From Chiloscyllium plagiosum (Eukaryota): a stretch of DNA of 64,000 bases. The DNA lies in contig NC_057720.1 of NCBI RefSeq assembly GCF_004010195.1, forward strand, positions 23,993,236 to 24,057,235, in the 5' to 3' direction. The notes beneath the pieces were generated by a model. The model did no database searches and was not told where the DNA came from. It worked only from the letters and a program-made list of their open reading frames with translations. Of this stretch, positions 13,979 through 26,239 are shown one piece after another (position 1 is the first letter of the stretch; each line of letters begins with the position of its first letter). The position numbers and the translations under genes were made by a program.

Positions 13979-14591
13979 AAGTAAGGACTGCAGATGCTGG
14001 AGATCAGAGCTGAAAATGTGTTGCTGGAAATGCGCAGCAGGTCAGGCAGCATCCAGGGAACAGGAGAATCGGCACCTTACCCTGCAACCGCAGGAGGTGC
14101 AAGACTTGCGCCCACTCCTCCCCCCTCACCTCCCTCCAAGGCCCTAAACGAAATTTCCATATCCGCCACAGATTCACCTGCACCTCCACACACATCATCT
14201 ATTGCATCCTCTGCACCCGATGTGGCCTCCTCTATATTGGGGAGACAGGCCGGCTACTTGCGGAGCGTTTCAGAGAACACCTCTGGGACACCCGGACCAA
14301 ACAACCCAACCACCCTGTGGCTCAACACTTCAACTCCCCCCCCACTCCACCAAGGATATGCAGGTCGTNNNNNNNNNNNNACCCCACTCCGGCCTATCAC
14401 CCTCACCTTGACCTCCTTCCACCTATCGCATTTCCAACAGCCCTCCCCCAAGTCCCTCCTCCTTACCTTTTATCTTAGCCTGCTGGACACACTTTCCTCA
14501 TTCCTGAAGAAGGGCTTATGCCCGAAACGTCGATTCTCCTGTTCCCTGGATGCTGCCTGACCTGCTGCGCATTTCCAGCAACACATTTTCA
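13979..14591 (+). mobile_element. 5'-truncated Penelope-like element with an inverted terminal piece
   Basis: GIY-YIG remnant (IYCILCTRCGLLYIGET frame), pseudo-LTR with hammerhead at 14504-14531, inverted copy of the 3' end at the left, and 15-bp TSD GCTCAGAGAAGTAGA (13964-13978, 14592-14606). Confidence 0.88.
14504..14531 (+). ncRNA. Minimal hammerhead ribozyme motif, family A
   Basis: Identical core to 181-208. Confidence 0.75.
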
Positions 14592-15094
14592 GCTCAGAGA
14601 AGTAGAGCAAGGCCTTAATACGTAATGACTTTTTTTTTGTATCAGTGTCTAATAAAAAAGATGAACTGAATAACTGGAACTAGTGTGAAAATTAAAAGGG
14701 AGCTATGCTTCAGGTAGATAAGTGACTTGGCCTGGACTGTGTGCACCCCAGGTTGCTAAAGGATGTATCAGTGAAGATAACCAAAGGGCTTACCTTAATA
14801 TTTCAACCCTCCCTACATATGGGCAAGGTGACAAAGCACTGGTTAATGCAAATGTGGCAACTTTACTCAAGAAAGCCTGCAAGGACAGTCCAGCAACTAC
14901 TGTCCAATTAGTTTAGCATGGGTAGGATTGGGGAAGGGGGTAAGGTTTTGAATCCTTAGTCAAGGAAGAAAAACTACATGCATTTGGAGAAGAAAAACTG
15001 AAAAAACTGAGGATTCAGGAAATCAGAAACAAAAATAGAAATTGCTGGAAAATCTCATCCGGTCTGGCAGCATCTGTGGAGAGAGATCATAGTT

Positions 15095-15124
15095 AATGTT
15101 TCAGGTCCAGTGACCCTTCATCAG
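15095..15124 (-). ncRNA. Hammerhead motif, family B (degenerate)
   Basis: Reverse strand gtt-CTGATGA-A-GGGTC-ACTG-GACCT-GAAA-CATT-aac. Confidence 0.55.
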
Positions 15125-15417
15125 AACCTTCAGGTGATGTTTTGTTGCATTTGGAGAGGTTTGAGATAATTAGGGACAGCCAATACAGATTTGTGAAAGG
15201 CAGGTCATGTTTGAGTTATCTAATTGAACTTTTTGATTAACTACTAGAAAAAGGTGGGGGTGGCAATAAATGTGGTGGATGTTACCTATGGATTTTAAGG
15301 AGATGTTTGACAAGTTGTCATATAAAAGACACTTGCACAATAAGATAACCAGTTTGCAATTGGATTTAAAAGGCATTTTCTTAGTGACAGAAAGGGGCAA
15401 GTCACGGCAAACGGTTA

Positions 15418-15850
15418 CCGTATACACTTGAGCAATATCGATCTCACAAAAAAATCAGCCACCCATTTTTGGCCAAATAACCTGGAATTCTCCACATATT
15501 TTGTGTAAAAGTTGACCCTATTTCTTCACATAATGTTAATGTTAATGAGTCAGTATGCCGGTTGTCACGTCCCGCTCCAGCCTTCCATTATGCCAGTAGT
15601 TCCGCTCCACTCCTGGTCTTCCAGTCCGCTGGCTGTTGAGTTCCAAGCCGCATTTTCAGAATTACCATAATTCTTTTTTTCTTTCTTCATTCCATTAGAG
15701 ATCAGTTGGGCTTCTGCTAATGATATGGTATGAATTTTGATGAGCATGAATTTCAGCCCCTCAAAAATAGTATCCATGTAATAGTCGACCCCATAAATTT
15801 AACTTTATAAAGTAGTCAAAAAGATGCAACTATTACTCGAGTATACACGG
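15418..15850. mobile_element. Non-autonomous Tc1/mariner-pogo type DNA transposon (MITE)
   Basis: TIRs CCGTATACACTTGAGCAATA and reverse complement CCGTGTATACTCGAGTAATA (16/20 identical), with TA on both sides (15416-17, 15851-52). Interrupts a degenerate + strand CR1 RT fragment. Confidence 0.75.
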
Positions 15851-16244
15851 TATTTTTTCAGACCGGAGGGTAGTGGACATTGATCTTCCCAAATATCAGT
15901 GTTACAATCACCGCTTTCTTTTTGCTATGTATAAATAACAGGTGATCTAGATGCTGAATATCTATTGCATCTTGCTCAAGAGTTTAAAACTGGTGATGAG
16001 CATGTGAGTGGTGGATCAGCTGCTTTCTTTGCAACCTCCCTGATTGGCTACACCAAAGGTTGAAGTTCTTTATACTTAGCTGACATTTATACATTACTTT
16101 ACAGAAAAGATGGCTATTCTGTTGAAACAAGGAGCCACTCACCAAAGTTTACTTGAGTTGAAAAGAACACACACGCTTATACACTCTCACTCTCTCTCTC
16201 TCTCCCCTCCCCTTTTGGGTGTTCCTGAGATATAAGGGTTTACT

Positions 16245-16850
16245 GCAGCCATTGCTCCGGATGCAGTCTCCTCTACATTGAGGAGACAGGACGCCTACTC
16301 ACAGAGCGCTTCAGAGAACACCTCGGGACACCCGTACCCAATCAACCCCACTGCCCCATGGCCAAACATTTCAGCTCCCCCTCCCCCTCTGCCAAGAACA
16401 TGCAGGTCCTGGGCCTCCTCCATCGCCACTCCCTTACTACCCAACGCCTGGAGGAAGGACGCCTCACCTTCCGCCTCAGGTCCCTCCAACCCCGTAGCAT
16501 CAATGTGGATTTCACCAGTTTCCTCATTTCTCCTCCCCCACACCTTAGCCCGATTCCAACCTTCCAGCTCAGCACCATTCTCATGATCTGTCCCATCTGT
16601 CTATCTTCCTTCGCACCTATCCACTCCACTTTCCCCCTGACATATCACCTTTAACCCCAGCTCCATCCACCTATTGCACTCTCAGCTACTTTCCCCCCAG
16701 CCCCACCCCCCTTCCATTTATCTCTCCACCCCCTGAGGCTCCCAGCCTCATTCCTGATGAAGGGCTTTTGCCTGAAACGTTGATTTTTCTGCTCCTCAGA
16801 TGCTGCCTGACCTGTTGTGCTTTTCCAGCACCACACTCTTGACTCTAATA
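16245..16850 (+). mobile_element. Penelope-like 3' fragment (GIY-YIG C-terminus plus pseudo-LTR)
   Basis: HFSSPS.S.KNMQVLGL...RLEEGRL.FRL.SLQP..IN. Hammerhead CTGATGA-A-GGGC-TTTT-GCCT-GAAA-CGTT at 16754-16781. Confidence 0.85.
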
Positions 16851-17124
16851 TTTTCACCTTTGTAAGGATTTAACCTGAGACCACAGTTAGTTGGTTAATT
16901 TCTGGGATCATCAGCAGTGTTGTTGTGGAATCATCTCAAGTTCTAAGTGGCCTCATCACCAACTTTGTTTCTTGCAACATGGATAGAGAGAAACTTTCTC
17001 AGCCTGTTTCAGAGCAGCTGTCAAAAATCCATCTCTGCTGTCAAAAGCAGTTCCTTGAAATACGATTTGGCTGCACATTCTGCGTGTTGGAGTTTTATTG
17101 TTTTACAAGCTTCAAAATAGATTC

Positions 17125-17995
17125 ATAGAGTCATAGATTTATACAATTCAGAAAAGACCCTTCGGCCCATCAAGTCTGCACTGACATAACTACCACTAAT
17201 GGCACGCTAATCCAAATTTCCTGTACTTGCACCATATCCTTGGAAGTTATGATATTTGAAGTACTCATTCAAATATTTTTAAAAGTTTGCAAGGCTTCCA
17301 GCCTTCATTACCTTCTCAGGCAATGCATTTCAGATTCCTACCGCTCACTAAGTGAAAATGTTTTTCCCAAATCTCCTTCTTGCCCTTTATCATAAAACCA
17401 TGTCTTCACATGATTGACCCCTCAACCTTGGGGATCACTGCTATTTACTCCGTCTGTATCCCTCATAATCTTATACACCTCAATCATGTCGCCATTCAGT
17501 CTTCGCTGTTTTAAAGCAAACAGTAAAAACCTACCTAGTCTCTCCTTTTAACTCAATTGCTCCATCCCAGGTAACATCCTGGTAAACCTATTCTGTACTC
17601 GGTCGTGTTATCACATCCTTCCTGTAGTAAGGTGACCAGAACTGCACTCCAGTTATGGCCTAACCAATGTTCTGAACAGCTCAAACATTACCTACTTTCT
17701 CTTATAATCTATGCCACGACTGATGAAAGCAAGTATATCATATGCCTTCTTAACTACCCTATTCACACGCTCTGCCGACTTCAGAGATCTGCAAATAATT
17801 ACCCAAAGATCCCTCTGTTCCTCTAAGTTACCCAATCTCCTGCCGTTCATTAAATATTCCCTCATTTTGTTTCTTCTTCCAAAGTGCATCACCAGGGTTA
17901 GACACCATCTGCCACTGCACTGCCCATCTGACCAACCCATCTATAACCTGTAATCTACAACTAACTTATTCACTGCTTACCACTCTACCAATCTT
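17125..17995 (-). mobile_element. Degenerate CR1 3' fragment
   Basis: ORF 17692..17940 has VMHFGRRN...EEQRDL...VVKKAY..LAFISRGIDYK. Confidence 0.8.
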
Positions 17996-18139
17996 GCAGG
18001 TGATGTTTTCATTTCCAATGTGTGAAGATTCTCATAATGGTGCAAACTAGATCAGAGGCCACTCCATGCCTCCTGGAAAGGCAGCTGGGGAGGATGTTGT
18101 CTGACCCACTGTGATCTCCAGCATTTGTTGTTTCCAGTA

Positions 18140-19010
18140 TAACACCCACCCCATTCCAGCCCACAAATGCCATCACTCTCTGTCCCCTCTGTGAGGCCAC
18201 TCCACCCAACCCCAGCCCTTACTGTTTGCTCACCATACCTCCTGACCTTCCCCTCTCTGAGGCTGAATGTACTGCCTTTGGCAAAGGACTCAGCTTCATA
18301 CCCTTACGCCCCCACCTTAATGAATTTTGGCTTGTCATGATGTTGAACTGTTTTCCTGCCGTTTCCATCATTTCCATCATCGTACTCACCTCTTCAGGCA
18401 GGAATCCTGCACCCCACACAACCCCACTGCACCCCACCCCTCCATTTCACTGATCCCTTCACTCACCTCGAATATTCACCCTCCACTTGGACCCTTTTCC
18501 TGGCTTCTCGCATGCCCTTGATGTCTTCATTCAAAACTGCTGAGGTAACATGGGCCACCTCAATTTCTCTGTCCCTCTCACCCACTCTAATCTGTCCCCT
18601 TTTGAATTTGCCGTACTTTGTTCTCTCCAGTCCTATCCTAACATTGTTATCAAACTGGCCAACAAAGGTGGTGCTCTTGTAGTCTGGTGCACTGATCTTT
18701 ACCTTGTGGAGGCTCAACGACAACTCCCGGACACTTCTTCCTACCGCCCCCTAGACCACGAGCCCACATCTGAACATGAAGCCATTGTTGACAGGATAAC
18801 ACCAACCTCAATACCTCTGGACATCTTGCTCCCCACTGCCTCCAACCTTATCATTTCCCAAACCCGGACAGTCCAGTTCTTCTTCCTTCCCAAAGTCCAC
18901 ACACCAGCCTGCCCTGTTAGGCCCATCATATCAGCCATTTCCTGCCCCACCAAGCTCATTTCCTCCCAACTTGACTCCATCTGCTCTGCACCCTTCAGAC
19001 TCTGCCCATC
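18140..19010 (+). mobile_element. Penelope-like ORF N-terminal/pre-RT fragment
   Basis: LSEAE...KGLSFIP, IVIK.ANKGGA.VVW (DKG motif), FFFLPKVH...P.RPIISA.SCPT. Confidence 0.82.
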
Positions 19011-19223
19011 GACAACCACAAAGACGAGGGATCTGCCTGTACTGCTCGCAAAACAAAGCTTTTCACTGTACTCAGGTGCATGTGACAACAATCAATTAAA
19101 TCAAATCATCACCTCTAAGCTCCTTTTTCTGATGAAGTAGGAGGTTGATAAAAATTACCAGATGTTGTGATGAAGTGCTGTGTTAATGGAAAACATGTCC
19201 TAATGTAGTGCTATTTCAAACAG

Positions 19224-19354
19224 TCAAAGAGTTTGCGAGAAAGATGGCTCTTGGAGGGAGTAACCACCATCTATCCTCAAGAAGAAGAGGCAATGAAGAA
19301 GCAGCACCAAGAAGATCAGCTTCAATCAAAGAAACTGGAACAAAATATTTTCAG
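19224..19354 (+). CDS. PALMD: Palmdelphin coding exon 3 (SKSLRERWLLEGVTTIYPQEEEAMKKQHQEDQLQSKKLEQNIF-R)
   Basis: Acceptor aaacAG, donor GTaaac, 131 nt, phase 0-2. Contains the paralemmin-family LRE[RK]WLL[ED]G motif. Confidence 0.95.
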
Positions 19355-19734
19355 GTAAACCCAAGAAAAAGTTGTCATGCTATTACAATCAGTGAAATAA
19401 TATTTCAGAGCATTGTCTGCAGTTAAGGAGTGGACATTCTAAATGAAGCCATAACCAGGACAGAATGGTACAATTTTCATCAAAATTGCCTGTTGGAAAA
19501 CTTGACGGGCTTTACACCTCAATTAATTTTACTCTCCACTTAACCTTTCAAAATAATATTGGCAAGACTGGAAATCTAGCACTCAACATGATCCTAGAGT
19601 CCCAAGATCAGTGAGTTCCCTTTGTATGAAGTATATATTAAGCTCAATTATCTTAATTTATTTTATGTTATAGTTTCCCATATCTAGAAACATAGACTCC
19701 ATAAAAAGGCTCCAGTCAATATAACTGCTTAGGG

Positions 19735-19980
19735 GCTAGTGGACGAGTGACAATGTCACTGTTCAGAGCCCCAGGCTGATGATCTTGAGACATAATTCAA
19801 ACATTACCACAGCAAGTAGTGGAATCAGAATTCAATAAAAACCTGGAATTGTTAGACAATATGTAATTTAGTGGCAACTATATAACCATTGTCAATTATC
19901 ATAAAACATCATTTGGTTCACTAATATTATTCAGTAGGCCTGATCAGAATGTGGATGACTCTTAACTGCCCTCTGAAATG
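19735..19980 (+). mobile_element. Deu-SINE-like (SacSINE1-like) degenerate copy
   Basis: Shares GAATTCAATAAAA.CTGGAATT, GGTTCACTAAT and GACTCTTAACTGCCCTCTG with the 37100 and 47933 copies. Confidence 0.6.
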
Positions 19981-21249
19981 AGCTATATATGGAATATAGT
20001 GGGGCTTTCCTGATACATCTGGACTTCCATATCTAACTGCACGTGTGGAGACATGGCATTAGCTGTCACCATTGTAAGACTGAACACTACAAGCTCCACC
20101 ATCACTACTACAACCAAGTCCAGGCTGCTAATCTATTTAAACAACTGTTGTCTGGCATCTTACACTTGCATCATCTCTCCCAATCAGTAGATGTATCACT
20201 TTTTCTGGAAATGTGACCCTCACAACGCCTGGAAGTCTTATGTTATTTCACTTGTCCATACACGTCTAAAGGAAGCAGGGATCATTCATACACAGCTGCT
20301 GCAGTCAATTGTTTGAATTCTTTTACTGTTCAGATACAGAAAGCTGAAAAGAAAGTTACTTGTTCTTGCTATTGTAGTAACATTAAGTCATAGCATTGCT
20401 ATCAATATGGAATGGCATCATTGGATGCCTGACAATTATCAAAGCTAGCCTGGGAGCTGAATGAAAAAAAGTGAATGAAGCCTCTTTGAGAGATGAGTAG
20501 AAGATCAGTGTGATATTTTGGTTGTTCTTTGGATAAATTTAGCCTGTGCATGCTTGGAAAACATTTTTGAAAGTTGAAATTCCACAATGTCACATATAAA
20601 AGACAGTATAAGTGCTTCAAACAATTGGCTTCCTGTGATAAATGAAAGTTCCTTCTCCTTTTATTCTGTAATATTTTTAAGAATAGTCCATTTTAAGTTT
20701 AAAATGATTAATGTGGAAGATATGTCAGTTATTATATCTATATTTAAACTCATTGTCAAGGGTATGAGAGGGAGCGGCAATGAGAGCGATTACCCAAGGA
20801 CTGCAGAGTAACAGCCTCATTGAAAGATCCATTTCATTTATATGTTTGTAATGGGTGAACAAAACCCAATGTTAGTTTCAAAGAAGTGAGTACATGCGAC
20901 AAAAATAGAATTTGCTGGAAAAGTTCCTTCCTCAGAACTAGTTCTCTCAACCCAAAATGTTAACTCTGATTTCTCTCCACAGATGCTGCCAGACCTGCTG
21001 AGCTTTTCCATGCAATTTCCATTTTTGTTTCTGATTTACAGCATCCACAGTGCTTCGGTTTTTATTGTGTACATGCTGTAACTAGTGCATACATTGCAGA
21101 CACTTACATTTTCACACATCTCCTTCCTAATACATAGTTAATCCCATTTGTCCTATTTGCAATTTTTCTTCTCAAAAGTTTCATAAATGCCCCTGTCAGG
21201 AAATATTGCCCCCTTGATCAGAGGCTAGACATTTTATGTACTGTAATTT

Positions 21250-21442
21250 GCTAGGGCTGCTGTCTCATTAGAGAGAGAGATGACTGGTGGTGAAATACAA
21301 CTGAAGCCACCATACCTCAGGCGAGGGAAACGATGGAGAAGGAGAGTCCTTCATGGTAACTTCAGCTGGTGTTCAATCCCATGTTGTTGGCATTACACTG
21401 CTCTGTAATTGGCTTCATCCAGCCAACTGAGCTAAACTGACC
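21250..21442 (-). mobile_element. Unclassified SINE-like repeat (second copy at 56752-56960, opposite orientation)
   Basis: The reverse complement matches 56752-56960 (AGTTAGCTGGA...AATGCCAA...ATGGGTT...GACTCTCC...CTAATGAGA). Confidence 0.55.
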
Positions 21443-23619
21443 ACCCCCCACCCCCAGTACTCGAGAAAAGTAGAGGAAACAGAGGTAGACAGAAAACCAA
21501 TTAGACATGCTGCAGAAAAAGAATCAAAACAGAAAGTGAAAGGGAGAGTATCTTAGAGTACAAATAATTCAAAAATTGTAGCAGCAGTGAACAGAGAAGA
21601 GAAAGTGAAGAATCTGTGGAATAAACTTTGATGTTAGAGGGTAACAACAAATGAACTTACTGATCTTTCTTTTCAGTGAAGGTTCATTAATCAGCACCAG
21701 TAGCCAGGGCAGGGGAGAGAGGGTTTTCTGAATATATGGGAGCCAAGGGTTCAAAAGTAGTGGTCTCTTTTATGGCATCTAACTCCTCCTCACCTCACAG
21801 ACGTTGTTTTTAATCTCTGAAGGTCTCCAGTTCTGATTCGATAGATATTGAATAGCTGATAGTTAAAATATACATATTTTGTAATCTTTCCCAAAATGTA
21901 TTTTAAAATGCTCACAGCACACCTAAGCCAGTGGAATGTTGCTCTGACCCAGTTTATGTGAGAGCTGATGGGGTGCACAAACTTTGATTTTAATTCTTGT
22001 ACTGCCTGGTTTCAACCAAGAGATGGAGCTGAAATCATACTATAATCTGCAAAGTAATTAGATTTCTATTTCCACAATGCTCATTGACTTGGTATTCATA
22101 TAGTAGGGCTGCAAAAATATAAGGTGAATTTTCAGGAGTCCCACACAGAATTCTTCACACACAGCAGCGAGTCAGGAAACAAATATGGCCTAGGGAAATG
22201 TACATCAGCTTTTGCTCTATTAAAATTCTTGCTTGTTGCTCCATTGATTTGAACTTGATTCAGAAAGCAGATTGCCACTCACTCATTACTCTGTGTGTTG
22301 ATGCTAATGACAGAATTGATTTTGCAGCATTACAAGGCATCAAGTAAAATTATAAGAGGCATGGACAGGGTATTCAGAAAGAGGCTTTTCCCCTTGATGG
22401 AAGGATCAATGACTGGGAGCGTAAATTTATGATAAGGGCAGCAGGTTTAGAGGGGATGTGAAGAGAAAATCCTTTTCACCCACAAGATGGTGGGAACCTG
22501 AAACTCCCTGTCACTGTAGGGGTGGGAGAGGCAGAAACCACCATACATTTAAGAAGTATCTAGATGTGGACTTGTGATGCCAAGGCATACAAGCTTATGG
22601 ACCAGGTGCTAGAAAATGGGAATAAAATAGCAAGGTGATTGTTTTCGACTTGTATCGATATGGGCTAAAGGGCTTTTTCCTGTTCTGTAAGTCATTATGA
22701 CTCAATGATAGCACTGAAACTGGTGATGTGGCTGAACTGGTTTTCAGAAGCTGGCTAAATATCTACTATGACTGATTCTACTATCCCTCTATTCTTTTTT
22801 ATCTCATGTATACAATCAAGTTTCCTTTTAAGGTATCAATGTTACCTACTTCATTGAGCCACATCATCACCTGTCTTTAACTGAATTCTTTGTCAACTCT
22901 ATTTAATCTATTAGTGAACATCTTACAATTGTGTCCTTTTGATTTGGACTGGCTCACAAATGAAATAATTTCTCCACCATATTGATCATCGTCATCATTT
23001 TTAGGACAGCTCTTTGTCTTCTCCTTTCCAGTGAGAATAGCAAGAATAAACCTTTCACTCAGAGACAACCTCCTCAACATCTCTGCCCCTTCAGTACTTT
23101 AAATGTTTCAATGTAATTGTACTAAACTTTAATAATAGAGGCCCATTATACACAACATCTCTTTATAGGACAGCCTTGTCAGCTCAGAAAACAATCTGCT
23201 GAGCCTTAGTTGAAATGCACTCCAAGGCACATGTACCCTTCGACAGGGAGGAAATGAAAAATAGTCACATTACTAAGTGTTGTCTTCCACAGGTACCTAT
23301 TGCAGCAAAATGTCCTTACTACTGTATTAGGAGGAATATTTTCATGCAAAGAATCGTCTTCTGAACAAGGTGATAGAAGTGCAAACCTAACTCCAACTCC
23401 CAGCAGTTATGGGTAATATCATTTGCCTTCTGAATTGCTTGCTGGATGTGTAATTTGTTTAGGTTTACTCAAATCCCTCTGCATTCCAACATTGTCTCTG
23501 TTTCTGGCCTTTTTAGAAAAACTTTTGATTTTTCATTCTTCCTATTAAAGTGGATGTTTTGCATTTAATATTACTTCAGGCATCTTCTCTGCAAATCAGG
23601 TGACCGGTCCATACTCCTT

Positions 23620-24260
23620 GTCAAGAGTGTGGTGCTGGAAAAGCACAGCAGGTCAGGCATGCTTTGAGGAGCAGGAGAATTGATGTTTTGGGCAGGAACC
23701 CTTCATCAGGAATGAGGCTTGTCAGGCGAGGGGGTGGAGAGATAAATGAGAGGGGCGTGGGGCTGTGGGGGGGAGGGGGGAAGGTAGCTGAGAGTGTGAT
23801 AGGTAGATAGAGTTGGGGGTAATGGTGATAGGTTGGAGAAGAGAGTGAAGCAGATAGGTGGGAAGGAAGATGAACAGGTAGGACAGATCATGAGGATGGA
23901 GCAAGTAGGCGCTTCAGAGAACATCTCCGGAACTCCCGCACCAATCAACCACACCACCCCATGACTGAACATTTCAACTCACCGTCCCACTCTGCCAAGG
24001 ACATGCAGGTCCTGGGCCACATTCTAACCACCCGACGCCTCATCTTCCACCTTGGGACCCTCCAACCCCACGGCATCAATGCTGACTTCACCAGTTTCCT
24101 CATTTCCCCTCCCCACCTTATCCCAGTTCTAACCTTCCAACTCGACACCGCCTTCATGACCTGTCCTACCTGTCCATCTCCCTTTCCCTGCTATGTGCTT
24201 CACCCTCCTCTCTGTCCTATCACTTTCACTTATCACACTCTCAGCTACCTTACCCCCCCC
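23620..24260. mobile_element. Penelope-like element: inverted pseudo-LTR joined to a sense GIY-YIG 3' fragment
   Basis: 23620-23900 is a reverse pseudo-LTR with a degenerate hammerhead. From about 23905 it encodes HFNSPSHS.KDMQVLG...RLIFHLGTLQPHGIN. Runs into a gap. Confidence 0.8.
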
Positions 24261-24659
24261 NNNNNNNNNNNNNNNNNNNNNNNNNNNNNNNNNNNNNNNN
24301 NNNNNNNNNNNNNNNNNNNNNNNNNNNNNNNNNNNNNNNNNNNNNNNNNNNNNNNNNNNNNNNNNNNNNNNNNNNNNNNNNNNNNNNNNNNNNNNNNNNN
24401 NNNNNNNNNNNNNNNNNNNNNNNNNNNNNNNNNNNNNNNNNNNNNNNNNNNNNNNNNNNNNNNNNNNNNNNNNNNNNNNNNNNNNNNNNNNNNNNNNNNN
24501 NNNNNNNNNNNNNNNNNNNNNNNNNNNNNNNNNNNNNNNNNNNNNNNNNNNNNNNNNNNNNNNNNNNNNNNNNNNNNNNNNNNNNNNNNNNNNNNNNNNN
24601 NNNNNNNNNNNNNNNNNNNNNNNNNNNNNNNNNNNNNNNNNNNNNNNNNNNNNNNNNNN
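24261..24659. other. Assembly gap (others at 14369-14380, 30652-31324 and 50948-51808)
   Basis: N runs. All four abut Penelope-like sequence. Confidence 1.
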
Positions 24660-25686
24660 CAGTCTTTCCTCATACGATCTTTCTACCATACTAGGCAACA
24701 TCCTGGTAAACCTCCTCTGCACCCGTTCCAGTGCCTCCACATCCTTCCTATAGTATGGCGACCAAAACTGCACACAATACTCCAGATGTGGCCGCACCAG
24801 AGTCTTATACAACTGCAACATGAAACCACCTTTGTAAAATTTAACGTACCTTGGAAGTTCAATCACTAGTTCAACCACCGTCCACATTTTGGGGGCTATA
24901 ATTGACCAAAAACTGAACTAGACTAGCCAGTAGTTGAGATTGTTGGAAGTCAATTATCTCAGTTCCACAACATCTCTGTAGGTGGGACACAGTGTGGTAT
25001 CATTGGCCAAATTATCTTCAACTGCTTCATCAATGACCTACCCTCTATCATGGGATCAGAAATGAGGATGTTTGCCAATGATTACACAACATTAGCAGCA
25101 TTCGTGGCTCCTCAGAAACTGCAGCAGTCCATGTCCATACATAGCAAGACTTGGATAATATTCAGTTTTGGGTTGAAAAGTGACAAGTAACATTCACACC
25201 TTACAAATCAGGCAATGACCAGCACGACCAAGTGAGAATCTAATCATCACCTTTCACCATTCAATGGCATTTCTATATATGGACCTGAGCTGCTTCAGTA
25301 TCTGAGGATATGCGATCTATGCTGAATGCTGTGCAATCATGTGACCTTATGATGCAGGGATAAGATTTTGTGCAATAATGTAAAATAAATTATAGTGAAT
25401 TTGCAGCTGATTTTAACTTTCTCCTGACTTATTTCCAGCTGCTATATTATCCATTTTCACTTTTGAAGTCCATAATGAGCCTCTAATGTCGGATTAGTAT
25501 AAAGCAGACCGAGTAGGGCATGTCAGGATCACTTCCTTGAAGGACATAGTGAGCTATTGGGTGTTTCCTACAGTCCAGCAGATTTCACGGTTGCTTACCA
25601 GTGCTAGGCCACAGAATTACCTGGATTATTCAATTCCGTTGCACAACTTGCCCTCCTGGGATTTGAACACGTAGTTACAGCATTAA

Positions 25687-26005
25687 GGGTGGCACGGTGG
25701 CACAGTGGTTAGCACTGCTGCCTCACAGCACCAGAGACCCGGGTTCAAATCCCGCCTCAGGCGACTGACTGTGTGGAGTTTGCACATTCTCCCCGTGTCT
25801 GCGTGGGTTTCCTCCGGATGCTCCGGTTTCCTCCCACAATCCAAAAATGTGCAGGTTAAGGTGAATTGGCCAAGTTAAATTGCCCGTAGGGTTAGGTGTA
25901 GGGGAATGGGTCTAGGTGGGTTGTGCTTCGGCGGGTCAGTGTGTACTTGTTGGGCCGAAGGACCTGTTTCCACACTGTAAGTAATCTAATCTAATCTAAT
26001 CTAAT
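25687..26005 (+). mobile_element. V-SINE (HE1-like)
   Basis: Near-identical to 10733-11058, including the (TAATC)n tail. Confidence 0.9.
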
Positions 26006-26239
26006 CAAAACCTATTGTTCAATTAACAGGCATGTGTAATATTTTAAAATGAAAATTTGTCTTTGCACCACAACCTAGTATATTTTATTCAATCATTCAT
26101 GAGATGTGTGCATCTCTGGCTGGGCCAGCATTGATTACTCATCTCTAGGTGCCCTTTAGAAGATGGTGCTAAGATGCCTATCTGAATTTTTGCAGTCCAT
26201 GTGTTGTGTGTACACTTATAATTCCATTAAGGAGGGAAT

